Assembly (NCBI GenBank): GCA_041739995.1
Contig: JBGSMV010000029.1
Coordinates: 120,294 to 184,293 of the forward strand
Length of the DNA stretch: 64,000 nucleotides
Reading direction: 5' to 3'
Source of the DNA: Bdellovibrionota bacterium
Lineage (GTDB): Bacteria; Bdellovibrionota_C; UBA2361; JBGSMV01
Position numbers and translations under genes: made by a program. Positions 50,251-60,380 of this stretch are shown here, in pieces. Position 1 is the stretch's first letter, and each line of letters starts with the position of its first letter. The notes beneath the pieces were generated by a model. It was not told where the DNA came from. It saw only the letters and a program-made list of their open reading frames with translations, and ran no database searches.

Positions 50251-51170
50251 ACGCGATTTGCAATCGTTGCATATCCGCCTTTATCGGCGGAACGCTTCTT
50301 GTGGGAACTGCGTTGGCGCAGCACCCAGTAGAAGTCGAGCGCCTGAATGCGGATGGCGAATATCTTCGTGCTATGGCGGCCTTCGAACGTCTGCCCAGTC
50401 GACGAACGACTACTGCTTCCCTGCTCGCAGCGGCACAGAGCGCATGGGCACTTGGGCTCAATAGCCAGTCAGCAAAAATGTTCGATCGAGCCTTGCAGTC
50501 CGACGATCTAAACACCGAGCAAAGAGCCCGAATCTATTTTTCAAGAGCCATGATTGAGTTTCAACTGGGGAAACCTGAGCTCTCAGCTATTTTTGCGAGC
50601 AAAAGCGCCGCGCTGTTGAGCCAACCAAGCCCACTGAGAGCTCAAGTGCAGGCAGTGTGGGGCAAGGCGTTGGTATCCCTTGGGGAGATTGGTCGAGCCT
50701 GCAAGCATCTCTCGCAGGCTGTTGACGAATCTCCGGAAGAGACGCTTGGGGAGCTGCACTTTGAGCTCGGAAGCTGTTTCGAACGTGTCGGGCGGTCCGA
50801 AGAGGCGCGCGCAATGTTCGAGCGAATTCCCCTTGAGCATGATCGAGCCCCGGAAGCAGTGCGACACCTTGTGGTGCTGGCGCTAGAGCAAAATCTTCCG
50901 GAGCAGGCGGATTTCTGGCTTCGCAAAGGTCGAGAGCTCTTTCCCGATAAGTTTATTGATAGCTGGGTATCGTACGTGCAAGCGGTGGTCGCTACTCGAC
51001 TTGGCCGATTGGCTGAAGCCAAGGTGCTTCTTGACGCTGCCACCGCACAGTATCCACCGTCAGACCCCTGGTTTCAGTTGCTTCGTGCGGTAGTTGAACA
51101 AGCGCTCTGGAGAGATGCGGAGAAGAGCACGGAGTCATACCAGTCCGTTGAGTTGCAGGAGAGCGCATGA
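50247..51170 (+). CDS. Exported TPR protein
   Basis: Signal peptide ending ALA and TPR-like helices. ATGA overlaps with both neighbours. Confidence 0.85.
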   Translation: MNAICNRCISAFIGGTLLVGTALAQHPVEVERLNADGEYLRAMAAFERLPSRRTTTASLLAAAQSAWALGLNSQSAKMFDRALQSDDLNTEQRARIYFSRAMIEFQLGKPELSAIFASKSAALLSQPSPLRAQVQAVWGKALVSLGEIGRACKHLSQAVDESPEETLGELHFELGSCFERVGRSEEARAMFERIPLEHDRAPEAVRHLVVLALEQNLPEQADFWLRKGRELFPDKFIDSWVSYVQAVVATRLGRLAEAKVLLDAATAQYPPSDPWFQLLRAVVEQALWRDAEKSTESYQSVELQESA

Positions 51171-52096
51171 GTCAGGTTGCCCACAAGCTCGCCTCGCTGA
51201 GCGCACCTTCACCTGAGATAATCTCCGGATTCACCGCAGATCAACTGGTAGGGGCGTTTACACGCTTCTCTCAGGCCAGCAAACAACTTGAAGCTCACTA
51301 CGAGATTCTTCGCCAGGAAACAGAGGCACTGAAGGCGCGTTTGCGACAGAAGGACGAACAAATTGCACAACAGACTAGGCTCGCAACGCTCGGCCAAACA
51401 GCAGCGGCACTTGCGCACGAAATTCGTAATCCGCTCTGTGCCATGAGGTTATTCCTGTCTCTTTTACGAGAAGAGAGTCAGGAGAACCCCCAAGCTATGC
51501 AACTTGTGGTTCACATGGACCGCACTATGAAGGCGCTCGATCATGTGGTCGAAAACGTACTTCATTTTGCGAAGGACAATCGCGCGTCATTTGCTGTGGT
51601 GAATCTACACGCGATCCTCCAAGAGCTTGGTGAGATGCTTGCGCAGCAGGCTGGTTCTAACCTTGTCGTAAAATATTCCCTTGAAGCGAGCCCCTATGTT
51701 CGCGGGAACGAGCATGCGCTTCGCCAGGCGTTCGCAAATCTTCTAACCAATGCAGCGGAGGCGACACGATATGCTGGTGTGGTGCAGGTGGATACCCGCG
51801 ATCGAGAGGCCGGAGGTACAGAGATTGTAATTACCGATAACGGACCGGGCTTCGAACCGCAAATAATGGAGCATTTGTTCGAGCCATTTGTAACCGGAAA
51901 GCGTGAGGGGACTGGGCTGGGGCTTGCGGTGGTGAAGAAGATCTTGGACCAACACGCGGCTCAGATCTCCATCTCTAATTGTAACCCACCTGAGGTCGGT
52001 AGCTGTGTAACGGTAATTTTAACTCAAAGCGGTTCTGCATTTGCGGCAGCAGGCACGATAAAGGCCCAAATTTCGAGACACGAGGAGGATGAGTGA
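51167..52096 (+). CDS. Sensor-less cytoplasmic histidine kinase (FleS/FlrB-like)
   Basis: Coiled coil followed by LAHEIRNPL, NLLTNA, DNGPG, FEPF and GTGLGL. Confidence 0.9.
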   Translation: MSQVAHKLASLSAPSPEIISGFTADQLVGAFTRFSQASKQLEAHYEILRQETEALKARLRQKDEQIAQQTRLATLGQTAAALAHEIRNPLCAMRLFLSLLREESQENPQAMQLVVHMDRTMKALDHVVENVLHFAKDNRASFAVVNLHAILQELGEMLAQQAGSNLVVKYSLEASPYVRGNEHALRQAFANLLTNAAEATRYAGVVQVDTRDREAGGTEIVITDNGPGFEPQIMEHLFEPFVTGKREGTGLGLAVVKKILDQHAAQISISNCNPPEVGSCVTVILTQSGSAFAAAGTIKAQISRHEEDE

Positions 52097-53667
52097 TGAC
52101 TAGGACACAAAAAATCGTGGTGGCTGATGATGATCCAAACATGCAGCTTGCGATTAAGACCGCGCTCATGCGTGCACAGTTTGAAACCGTCATCTTTGGC
52201 GATGGCAAGGGGGTACTTCAGTACCTGGAGAATGATACCTGCGACCTTATCATCACCGACCAGCGCATGCCTGAAGTCAGTGGCCAGGAGATTCTTTCTT
52301 CCTTGAAGGACCACCCCGCGGCGCCGCCGGTAGTCATGATTACTGCGCATGGTACCGTTACCCAGGCCGTAGAGGCCATGCAACTTGGTGCAGCAGATTT
52401 CATCATGAAGCCGTTTTCGGCTGAAGACCTTCTGAGGGTCGTTGAGAAAGTGCTCAGTCCTGAGGGCCAGGAGTTTCGCGCCAAGCCCACCAAAGGGGCA
52501 AAGGGGCGTGCGATCGTAACCAACGATGGACTAATGATTCGAATTTTGGAGGTGTGCGAGGCGGTGGCCCGTAGTGAGGCGACGGTCTTGGTGCAAGGAG
52601 AGTCGGGTACTGGTAAAGAGCTCATTGCGCGCCTTATTCACACCGCAAGCCCACGCAGCACTCGACCGTTTGTTGCGGTGAACTGCGCGGCGCTGCCAGC
52701 GAACTTGCTTGAAAGCGAACTATTCGGACATGAGAAGGGCGCGTTTACTGGTGCCCAGCAGCGAAAGATTGGTAAATTTGAACTGGCGCATGGCGGCACC
52801 ATTTTGCTCGATGAAGTATCCGAAATGGATATCATTCTTCAGGCCAAGTTGTTACGCGTTCTGCAAGAAAGAGAAGTCGATCGGGTTGGCGGTAAAGAGC
52901 CTATTCACATTGACGTTCGAGTAGTGGCGACCACAAATCGAAATCTTGAGGAGTCAGTGCGTCGTGGAGAGTTCCGTGCGGACTTGTTCTATCGCTTGAA
53001 TGTAATTCCAATCACGGTACCCGCATTGCGTGAAAGGCGGGGCGATATTCGATTGATTGCCAAGCACTTTATGCGACAACACCTTGGTGATAGAGCGCCA
53101 GAGCTTCCAGAGGATGTTTTGAGAATGCTTGATGAGCATGCCTGGCCTGGAAACGTTCGAGAACTGCAGAACGCAGTGGAACGCGCGGCGATTTTGGCCC
53201 GTGGAGAGACGCCTTCTCAGAACGACTTTTTGCTGGGGCTTTCTTCCCTTGGGCTTGTAGGTTCGGATCGTCGAACGGGACCGCAGATAGGGCCGCAAAG
53301 AGGACCACAGACCGGAGAATTCCCGCGTGTGATGAAAAGCGGGGGCTTCTTGGTTGAGGTGAGTCGGTCGGACGAGTCTACAGAGCATTCGTATGAGGAG
53401 GGGCGGTCAGTGCCAGACGTGGGCGAGTCGCCATCAGATGGCTTGTACGGAGTCGCATCTGCTATGTCCACAGGACTGCAAGTGCGTCCGGGTACCACGG
53501 TTGGTGAAATGGAGAGACTTCTTATCCTTGAAACGCTCAAAACCACTAGGTGGAATAGAACCGAGGCTTCAAAAATGCTCGGTATCAGTATTCGTACCTT
53601 AAGGAACAAGCTGCATGAGTACCGAGCGGCGGGACAGCTTCCGCAGGATGCCGTCGCAGACGAGTAG
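52093..53667 (+). CDS. Sigma54-dependent response regulator (FleR/FlrC-like)
   Basis: REC domain, [14 protein letters not shown] and HTH LGISIRTLRNKLHEY. Confidence 0.92.
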   Translation: MMTRTQKIVVADDDPNMQLAIKTALMRAQFETVIFGDGKGVLQYLENDTCDLIITDQRMPEVSGQEILSSLKDHPAAPPVVMITAHGTVTQAVEAMQLGAADFIMKPFSAEDLLRVVEKVLSPEGQEFRAKPTKGAKGRAIVTNDGLMIRILEVCEAVARSEATVLVQGESGTGKELIARLIHTASPRSTRPFVAVNCAALPANLLESELFGHEKGAFTGAQQRKIGKFELAHGGTILLDEVSEMDIILQAKLLRVLQEREVDRVGGKEPIHIDVRVVATTNRNLEESVRRGEFRADLFYRLNVIPITVPALRERRGDIRLIAKHFMRQHLGDRAPELPEDVLRMLDEHAWPGNVRELQNAVERAAILARGETPSQNDFLLGLSSLGLVGSDRRTGPQIGPQRGPQTGEFPRVMKSGGFLVEVSRSDESTEHSYEEGRSVPDVGESPSDGLYGVASAMSTGLQVRPGTTVGEMERLLILETLKTTRWNRTEASKMLGISIRTLRNKLHEYRAAGQLPQDAVADE

Positions 53668-53756
53668 ACCGCGCGGAGCCGGGTAAATCGCCAGAGAGAG
53701 ATAGGTCAGAAGAGGGCTTTGACTGGGGTTGAAGCGCCTCGTATCATCGCCGCTCT

Positions 53757-54371
53757 ATGTCTGTCGCACATCCACTGAGTAGTCTGCCGTTAGAGGCAAG
53801 AGAGTCGTTTCCCGGTCAACAGGAGGGAGAGCGCATTCTCTATATGATTCGTCCGCATTGGGCGCGCGAAGTTGCTGGATATATCAAGACTGCATTACTC
53901 GCCGGTGCGGCAATCGCGCTGGTCTGGTACCTGCGTTCGGTGGAAGTGCTTCGATTGGATGAGGGTGCGCTTGTGCAGACTGTAGTCCTGATCGCGCTTC
54001 TTGGCGCCATGTTCGCGCTGTATGTGCGGCAGTTATGTGAGCAGAGTAGGGCGTATGTTACGGATCGACGCGTGGTTCGTTTTGAAGGAGCGGTGCCGGT
54101 CTGGCAGAGTCAGCGCGGGCTATTTTGGACTGACGTGGTTAAGACCCGCACTTTTGCGCCTAATATGGTGTTGCGGATTTTGAAAGTGGGCAGCCTTGAA
54201 ATCATTCCCAACTTCGCTGCTGAGGGACAGAACGTTCTTATTCCGTACGCATATATGTACGGGGATTTAGGAAGTTATATTGAGAAGTTGATTTTTACGT
54301 TCCGCAGTCGTCCTACTGAAATGGGTGCGATGCGGGAGTTCGTGCCGAAACCGAAGGGGAAGCGCTACTGA
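53757..54371 (+). CDS. Membrane protein with bacterial PH-like domain
   Basis: GERILY.IRPHW, two TM helices, YVTDRRVV and GSLEI. Confidence 0.7.
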   Translation: MSVAHPLSSLPLEARESFPGQQEGERILYMIRPHWAREVAGYIKTALLAGAAIALVWYLRSVEVLRLDEGALVQTVVLIALLGAMFALYVRQLCEQSRAYVTDRRVVRFEGAVPVWQSQRGLFWTDVVKTRTFAPNMVLRILKVGSLEIIPNFAAEGQNVLIPYAYMYGDLGSYIEKLIFTFRSRPTEMGAMREFVPKPKGKRY

Positions 54372-54415
54372 AGAGGCGTTGATTCATACCCGGCTAAAGC
54401 TCCTCAGCAGTTCGT

Positions 54416-56785
54416 ATGCGCACTAGACCAGAGAAGCATCTTTCCGACCAATACCCTAGCCCACCATCTGCGCTTGAAAATCTTTCCTATCAGCCTCCTC
54501 TTTTAGAGGGGAGAAACGACGAAGAACACTCAAGTTCTATTGCTAGGTTTCAATCGAAGAAGTGCGGGACAGGTCTCTCAATTTCATTTTTTGAGGGGAT
54601 TGGATGGAGTCTTGAAACGCACATTGAGCAAGGCACGGATGAAGCAAAACGGGTGCAGCCCATCTCGGAGCTCACTGGCGCGCAGCGCAATCTAGGGAAG
54701 GGAAATCTCACGTTTAAGGACGACGGGGCTCTGTTCGAGCTGTGCACTGAAGAGCAAACACTGCGCATTAGATCCGATGATGCCGCACTCGAGCTCTTCT
54801 CAGGAGGTGGCTTGGTGTTCCGTTCGGGAGAAGCGCCTTTTGCTCGTTGGTCCGAGCCGCGGCGCGTGTGGGAAGGCCTCATGTCGCGCAAGGTTACGGA
54901 TCTGTCGTGGCGCTCCCCGTTAGGAATTGTTGGAGCTCAGTTCGAGAGTCCTCAATTTGATAGCCACATGGTTCGATTTTCCTATGACCGTCCGACTGGG
55001 CCAGTGCTTGGGCTGGCAGGTCAATCAGGCGAGCTGAATCGCAACGGCTATCGCTTTGAGCTGTATAATACCGATGAGTTCGTGCATACACCGGCACGCA
55101 AACCGCTCTACCAGAGCTGGCCAATCGTATTCCATCAAGCGCTTGATGGGCAGCAATGGATAGCAGTGTTCTTCGACAATCCCAGTCGCATGTTCGTAGA
55201 TATTGGAGACTTTTCACCTGAGCGTCTTAGCTTCGAGGCAGTTGAGGGAGCGCACCGTGTCTATATCTGTGTTGGCAGTTCTCTTTCCGAGGTGAGTTCT
55301 AAGATCTCTCGATTGCTTGGCGGGCACTCTTTACCGCCGGCTTGGGCCTTAGGCTATCAGCAGAGTCGCTGGTCTTACATGAGCACGGCAGAAATTCGTG
55401 AAGTCGCTGCGCGACTTCGTGCCGAAGGCTACCCCTGCGACGCGATCCACTTCGATATCGACTACATGGAAGGCTATCGGGTTTTTACCCATAACCAAGA
55501 GCACTTCAGGGACTTGAAGGATTGCCTCGCCGATCTGCATCGCACTGGGTTTAAAGCGGTGTGTATTGTGGATCCAGGTGTGAAAGTAGAGGAGGGGAGC
55601 GATCTGAGCAGTGCTCTTTACCGGGAGCTGCTTGCAGACGGCAAGGTTCTCAGGAGCACAGAAGGCGAGCCGTTAACGGCCCGAGTTTGGCCCGGGGATG
55701 TGGTGCTACCTGACTTTGGTGATGCTCAAACGAGGACGCTGTGGGCGCGCGCGCAGCAGCAGTGGCTCAACGATTTTCCGTTTGACGGCATTTGGAATGA
55801 CATGAACGAGCCGTCAAATTTTAATGGGCAAAACTCTACGACGAGCAAGGCCCACACAGCGCGCGGTGCATTCCGTAGCGAGTCGAATCTCTATGGATAC
55901 TATATGGCGCAGGCCAGTCGTGAAGGGTGGGAGAGGGCTGCTCCTGGGGTGAGGCCGCTTATTATCTCGCGCTCTGGATATCCTGGGGTGCAACAAAGTG
56001 CGGTGAACTGGCAGGGCGACAATCAGGCCTGGTGGGAGCACCTTCGGCTCGCAATCGACATGTCGATTCAGTTTTCTTTGTCAGGGGCATTCTATACCGG
56101 AGCAGATGTTCCGGGCTTTACTGGAAATCCACCAGACGATCTAGCAGTGAGGTTTTTTCAGCTTGGGGCTTGGCTTCCATTCTTTCGAGGACACAGCATT
56201 TTCTTTGCGAAGGACAAAGAGCCATTTGCGTTCGGTGGCGCCGCGCAAGAAGCGATTCGCCAAGCACTTCTGCAACGATATTCACTCGCACGTGAGTGGT
56301 ACTCTGGTTTTGAGAGCGCTTGCCGCAATTTTTCAGCAGTAACTTCTCCGGTACTCACTGAGGCGGGTAGTCTCGCGCGCGATCAGTTCTTGTGTTTTGA
56401 TAAATTTTTGGTAGCGCCGGTAGTGGATCGAGACCCTGAGGTTCGAACGTTCTTTTTGCCCGAAGGACTTTGGTATCGTCTCGGGGCACCACACGACGAT
56501 CCAGTTCGGGGGCCTCGCTGGCAGACAATTCCTGTAGAGATCGGTGATACCCCGGTTTTCGTCAGAGGCGGCTCGGTGGTGGTGCGGAACATTCCCGGTA
56601 CTCACATGAGTGCTTCGCTTAGCTCCCCGGAGCGTTTCGAGGTGTATCGAGACGAGAAGGGCGAGGCGCAGGGCTATTGGTACGATGACGATTTGATCTC
56701 AGTCGATCCAAAGCAGGTAACTCGTCGGCGCCTTTGTGTGGAGGCGGGGGACGCTACGTTGAGAGTGATGAATATGGACGACTAA
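54416..56785 (+). CDS. Glycoside hydrolase family 31 (alpha-glucosidase-like)
   Basis: PAWALGYQQSRWSY, DIDYMEGYRVFT, IVDPG, nucleophile motif WNDMNEP, acid/base motif WQGDN and PFFRGH. Confidence 0.93.
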   Translation: MRTRPEKHLSDQYPSPPSALENLSYQPPLLEGRNDEEHSSSIARFQSKKCGTGLSISFFEGIGWSLETHIEQGTDEAKRVQPISELTGAQRNLGKGNLTFKDDGALFELCTEEQTLRIRSDDAALELFSGGGLVFRSGEAPFARWSEPRRVWEGLMSRKVTDLSWRSPLGIVGAQFESPQFDSHMVRFSYDRPTGPVLGLAGQSGELNRNGYRFELYNTDEFVHTPARKPLYQSWPIVFHQALDGQQWIAVFFDNPSRMFVDIGDFSPERLSFEAVEGAHRVYICVGSSLSEVSSKISRLLGGHSLPPAWALGYQQSRWSYMSTAEIREVAARLRAEGYPCDAIHFDIDYMEGYRVFTHNQEHFRDLKDCLADLHRTGFKAVCIVDPGVKVEEGSDLSSALYRELLADGKVLRSTEGEPLTARVWPGDVVLPDFGDAQTRTLWARAQQQWLNDFPFDGIWNDMNEPSNFNGQNSTTSKAHTARGAFRSESNLYGYYMAQASREGWERAAPGVRPLIISRSGYPGVQQSAVNWQGDNQAWWEHLRLAIDMSIQFSLSGAFYTGADVPGFTGNPPDDLAVRFFQLGAWLPFFRGHSIFFAKDKEPFAFGGAAQEAIRQALLQRYSLAREWYSGFESACRNFSAVTSPVLTEAGSLARDQFLCFDKFLVAPVVDRDPEVRTFFLPEGLWYRLGAPHDDPVRGPRWQTIPVEIGDTPVFVRGGSVVVRNIPGTHMSASLSSPERFEVYRDEKGEAQGYWYDDDLISVDPKQVTRRRLCVEAGDATLRVMNMDD

Positions 56786-56865
56786 CCCGATTCGGACAGC
56801 GACTAACTCCATGGGGAGCCGCTTCGCGCTGCCTGGTCGTGGGTTAGGGCGAATGAGGAGTGAGG

Positions 56866-57261
56866 TTAGTTGCTTTTGGAAGGATGCTCCGCAAGCATCG
56901 CGCGTACCTTGCTCTTTAGCTCTTCTGGATTTATGGGTTTTGCACAGAAGGTGCAGTTTCCTAATTCTATCAACGGGCGAACTTCAGCTTCTGAGATAAC
57001 GCCAGAGACAATGATAACCGGCAATTCTCGAAACTCGTCGTTGCCTCGTAAGATCTGGATAAGTTCTTTTCCGTCCATGTCGGGCATCATCATGTCGGTG
57101 ATGACTAGCGCGATATCGCGATTTTCCCAGAGTGTCTCCCAGCCCTGTCGGCCGTCACAGCTTTGGATAGCCGCATACCCAAGCCCTTCCACCATCTTCG
57201 CCAACATCGAGCGCGCAACCACGTCATCCTCGATTACCAATATCTTCTCAAATGACGTCAT
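56866..57261 (-). CDS. Single-domain response regulator
   Basis: VIEDD, ITDMMMPDMDG, IVSG and KP. Confidence 0.92.
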   Translation of the reverse strand: MTSFEKILVIEDDVVARSMLAKMVEGLGYAAIQSCDGRQGWETLWENRDIALVITDMMMPDMDGKELIQILRGNDEFRELPVIIVSGVISEAEVRPLIELGNCTFCAKPINPEELKSKVRAMLAEHPSKSN

Positions 57262-57422
57262 GGGGGTATCTCCTCAGGTATATAATCGAGTCTACAACTA
57301 CCGCCTCCGAGTCCTGGCGCGCTCGCGCTCCAAAGAATAACGACGCGCGCCCATTCTACCAAGGCCTTTTCTCATGGAGGTAGTGTTTTCTAAGGCCGAA
57401 GCAAAGGACGAATCGCAAGTTT

Positions 57423-57719
57423 CTAGTTTTGTTTCACTGCGATAAGGCGCGCTCTAAGCTGATCTGGAGAGATGGCAACGTGCTCGCAGGTCCATTCAAA
57501 GCTGAAGGGCGCGAGTGTGCGTCTTTTAGCGGTCTCGAATAACCATTTGCTCGCATCAGTTTTTTCTCGTGGCTGGCCACCCAGATAATCACGGGAGGCG
57601 CGATCGAGTATAGCGACCAGCAACTGGTGTTCTGGGCTTCCCACCCCAGGCTCCAAGCCTATGGCCGCATCAAAGTCTTCGTCGATTTGGAATTTTTGCA
57701 CTATCTTGTGGTCAGTCAT
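57423..57719 (-). CDS. Small hypothetical protein
   Basis: Motif PEHQLLVAILDRA..D...A.KWLF.....FSFEWTCEH......LR. Confidence 0.7.
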   Translation of the reverse strand: MTDHKIVQKFQIDEDFDAAIGLEPGVGSPEHQLLVAILDRASRDYLGGQPREKTDASKWLFETAKRRTLAPFSFEWTCEHVAISPDQLRARLIAVKQN

Positions 57720-57931
57720 TAGTATCTCACTCTGATGCTATTTTAGATGCTCAAGTCACGTTTTATATTCGACTGATTTGATACGAACGCTGAGCGCCTT
57801 CTGGGCCTTTAGATGCTGGCTAAGGGACCTTTGATGCATGCTTGGAAGGGTGTAATGGAGAGTCTGGCGCCCAAAGTTTGGGGAGCGGCCGGTTTCTGAG
57901 CGCCAAGTTAGGGTCTTTTGAGGAAGCAGGT

Positions 57932-58288
57932 ATGACGACTCTTATAGAGCTAATGAAGAAAACGGTAGAGTTCCGAGATGCGCGTGACTGGAAGCAATTT
58001 CATAATGCCAAGGACATGGCGCTTTCATTGATGCTTGAAGCTTCAGAACTAGTGGAATTGATGCAGTGGAAGAACGGTGAAGAGCTAGAGACTGCGCTTG
58101 AGGAGCAGAAGGAAAAAGTCGGAGATGAACTGGCGGACGTTTTCTACTGGGTGCTGCTTCTGGCCCATGATAGGGGAATTGATCTTGAAAACGCCTTCTC
58201 GCGTAAGCTTGCCAAGAACGAGGCGAAATATCCGGTCGCCTTGTCTCGAGGGGTGAGCCTTAAATACGATCAGCTTCCAAAGACTTAA
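57932..58288 (+). CDS. MazG-like / dCTP pyrophosphatase-like nucleotide pyrophosphohydrolase
   Basis: FRDARDWKQFH, EASELVELMQW, DELADV and KNEAKYP. Confidence 0.92.
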   Translation: MTTLIELMKKTVEFRDARDWKQFHNAKDMALSLMLEASELVELMQWKNGEELETALEEQKEKVGDELADVFYWVLLLAHDRGIDLENAFSRKLAKNEAKYPVALSRGVSLKYDQLPKT

Positions 58289-58363
58289 AATTCGTAGTGT
58301 AGGGTGTAGGTGTCGCCGTGCGACATTTGCCAAGCTTTTTCGCATTCTGCCGAAAGGCCCGCT

Positions 58364-58403
58364 CATAAATTGACCGATAAGTAAAGTTATCGGTCAATTT
58401 ATG
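58364..58403. repeat. Perfect 17-bp inverted repeat with 6-bp spacer (tyrosine-recombinase-site-like)
   Basis: CATAAATTGACCGATAA-GTAAAG-TTATCGGTCAATTTATG. The repeat itself is certain; the function is inferred. Confidence 0.85.
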
Positions 58404-58548
58404 GGAGGGTGTTTTCGTCCTCGTTCCACGGTGTGTTTCGATCACCAAATACTTAACGCTTTGTGCCTAGTCCCACGACCTGCCTGTGTCATGAGCGGGA
58501 TCATGCGCGCTAGGGTGGCGATGTCCTACCTTGAGGTAATCTTAGCGA

Positions 58549-59090
58549 TGGCTATCATGAAAACCGTTGACGACCTCTCGGGATTAAAAAATTTTGATTT
58601 GCGATTCAAATTTCCAAGGCCTTGGAGAAACGTCGTACGTCGCTCGCTAGTTTGGATGATAGCGTATGGGGCGATGCTCTCCTTTATTCTCTACTTAGAG
58701 TATCAGCGCACGCCCAATCCACTTGAAACTCCCAGCCCTTTGTTTGGGCAGGTAGCCTGGACTATCATGCCGTTGGCACTCGCTCAAGATGCGAGTGATC
58801 CAGAAATGTCTCGCTGGACGACCGGCCTTGGAACGGGCGTTGTATTCTTTGAAGGTGATGAAGAGCTCAACGATAGTTGGATCGTGGAGGCTAAAGTTGG
58901 ATATGATATCGATGATTCTTTTACTGTCGAAGCAGGTTTTGGCTATTTGCCCACTATGGACGCGAACAGCAGAACCGAAAGTGATCCCGACACAGACCTT
59001 GCTAGCAAATACCCTAGCATCAGGCCTGCCGGCCCTCATCCGACGATACAGCAAGTGCTTTGTGTGACTTCCCTATTCATAGAAAAATGA
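58549..59090 (+). pseudogene. 3'-truncated outer-membrane beta-barrel protein
   Basis: After ALAQD come only the first barrel strands (WTTGLGTG..F, EAKVGYD, FTVEAGFGY), then a non-barrel tail. Start uncertain. Confidence 0.5.
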
Positions 59091-59133
59091 CCCTATAGAG
59101 AGACTCTTCAACGCGGTGACGGACCAGTTAAAC

Positions 59134-60378
59134 CTATGAATGAGCTTCCCTTACAACACGTGACTCAACCACTTTCCGGAACGCAGATACATATTGGTTG
59201 AGGAGCTCCTCAGAAGCGCGGGGAAAGCTTGGCAATCGAATCATTCTGGCGTTGAGTCTGGCAGTGCGGGGAAGGTCAGTGGCCAGGTACTTTGGAACTT
59301 GGTCTGGGGAGAGTCGTGCCAACTCCGCAAAATGTCCTTCTGTGAATAGCGGCTGTTGATGTAACAGTGGATATCTGCAGGGGGCAACGATGCATCCTTC
59401 GGCTTGCAACGCCGCAATCAGCGAATCGATGTTTACTGATTCAAGTCTCCCTCGCGGACGAATAAGAAACTCAAAATACACCCGTTGAATGTGGGCAGGC
59501 GCAAGGAAGGTTTCAAAATCAAGCTGCTCCAACTTTCGAGAAAGGTATTCAATGTTCCGATTGCGCTCCTCGTTTCTTACATCGAGGTGTCGAAACTGAA
59601 CGCGCGCGATCGCCGCGCTCATGGATGCAATGCGAGTCTTTATTCCAAAGGTCGTACCTGCGAATCGCCGCTTTTCAGGATCGAGCTCAAGGACCCGCAT
59701 AATATCGCCAAGGAGAGCTGCCTGCTCAAAGTACTCCCGATTATTGGTGAGTAGAATTCCCCCTTCCCCCGCTGGCGCTAATTTATGGCCCTGTAGACTA
59801 AAGACGGAGATATCACCCAATGTGCCACATTTCTGCCCTCTCCAAATTGCTCCGTGAGCGTGGGAGGCATCTTCGACGATTGGAATACCAAATTCCTTGG
59901 AGATCGCTAACAGCTCAGTCATCTTGCTCGGCATGCCCCAGAGGTGAACTACAACAATCGCCTTGGTTCTGTTATTAATTTTTTTGCGCACATCCTCCGG
60001 ATCTAAGCCTCCGCGCTCCGCCTCGCTTTCCGCAAATATCGGAATTGCTCCCAACCACAGGAGCGGAACCGCTGATGCCCACCAAGTTGCTGATGGAACG
60101 ATTACTTCATCGTAGGGCTTAAGGCCCAAGGCGTAGAACGCCGAAAGTAGGCCCAATGTGCCGTTGCATAGCGACAGCGCATACTTCATTCCAAAGTAGT
60201 TCGCGTAGTCTTCTTCCAGCTCACGTGCCACATGGTGGGTAGACAGATCCCCGTCCCTGATTACTCTAAGGACGGCTTGCTCATCCTCAGCGGTAAATAT
60301 CGGCCATCTGAGCATCTCATCTTGATCAACCGTTACAGCCTTTGGACCCCCATCCATCGCCAGTGATTCTTTACTCAT
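59134..60378 (-). CDS. DegT/DnrJ/EryC1/StrS family PLP aminotransferase
   Basis: CNGT, TKAIVVVHLWG, VEDASHAHGA and FSLQGHKL...GEGG. Confidence 0.93.
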   Translation of the reverse strand: MSKESLAMDGGPKAVTVDQDEMLRWPIFTAEDEQAVLRVIRDGDLSTHHVARELEEDYANYFGMKYALSLCNGTLGLLSAFYALGLKPYDEVIVPSATWWASAVPLLWLGAIPIFAESEAERGGLDPEDVRKKINNRTKAIVVVHLWGMPSKMTELLAISKEFGIPIVEDASHAHGAIWRGQKCGTLGDISVFSLQGHKLAPAGEGGILLTNNREYFEQAALLGDIMRVLELDPEKRRFAGTTFGIKTRIASMSAAIARVQFRHLDVRNEERNRNIEYLSRKLEQLDFETFLAPAHIQRVYFEFLIRPRGRLESVNIDSLIAALQAEGCIVAPCRYPLLHQQPLFTEGHFAELARLSPDQVPKYLATDLPRTARLNARMIRLPSFPRASEELLNQYVSAFRKVVESRVVREAHS

Positions 60379-60380
60379 GG

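Noticed and set aside
57932..58288. MazG-like gene as part of an anti-phage system
   Set aside because: No adjacent defence genes; consistent with housekeeping nucleotide sanitisation.
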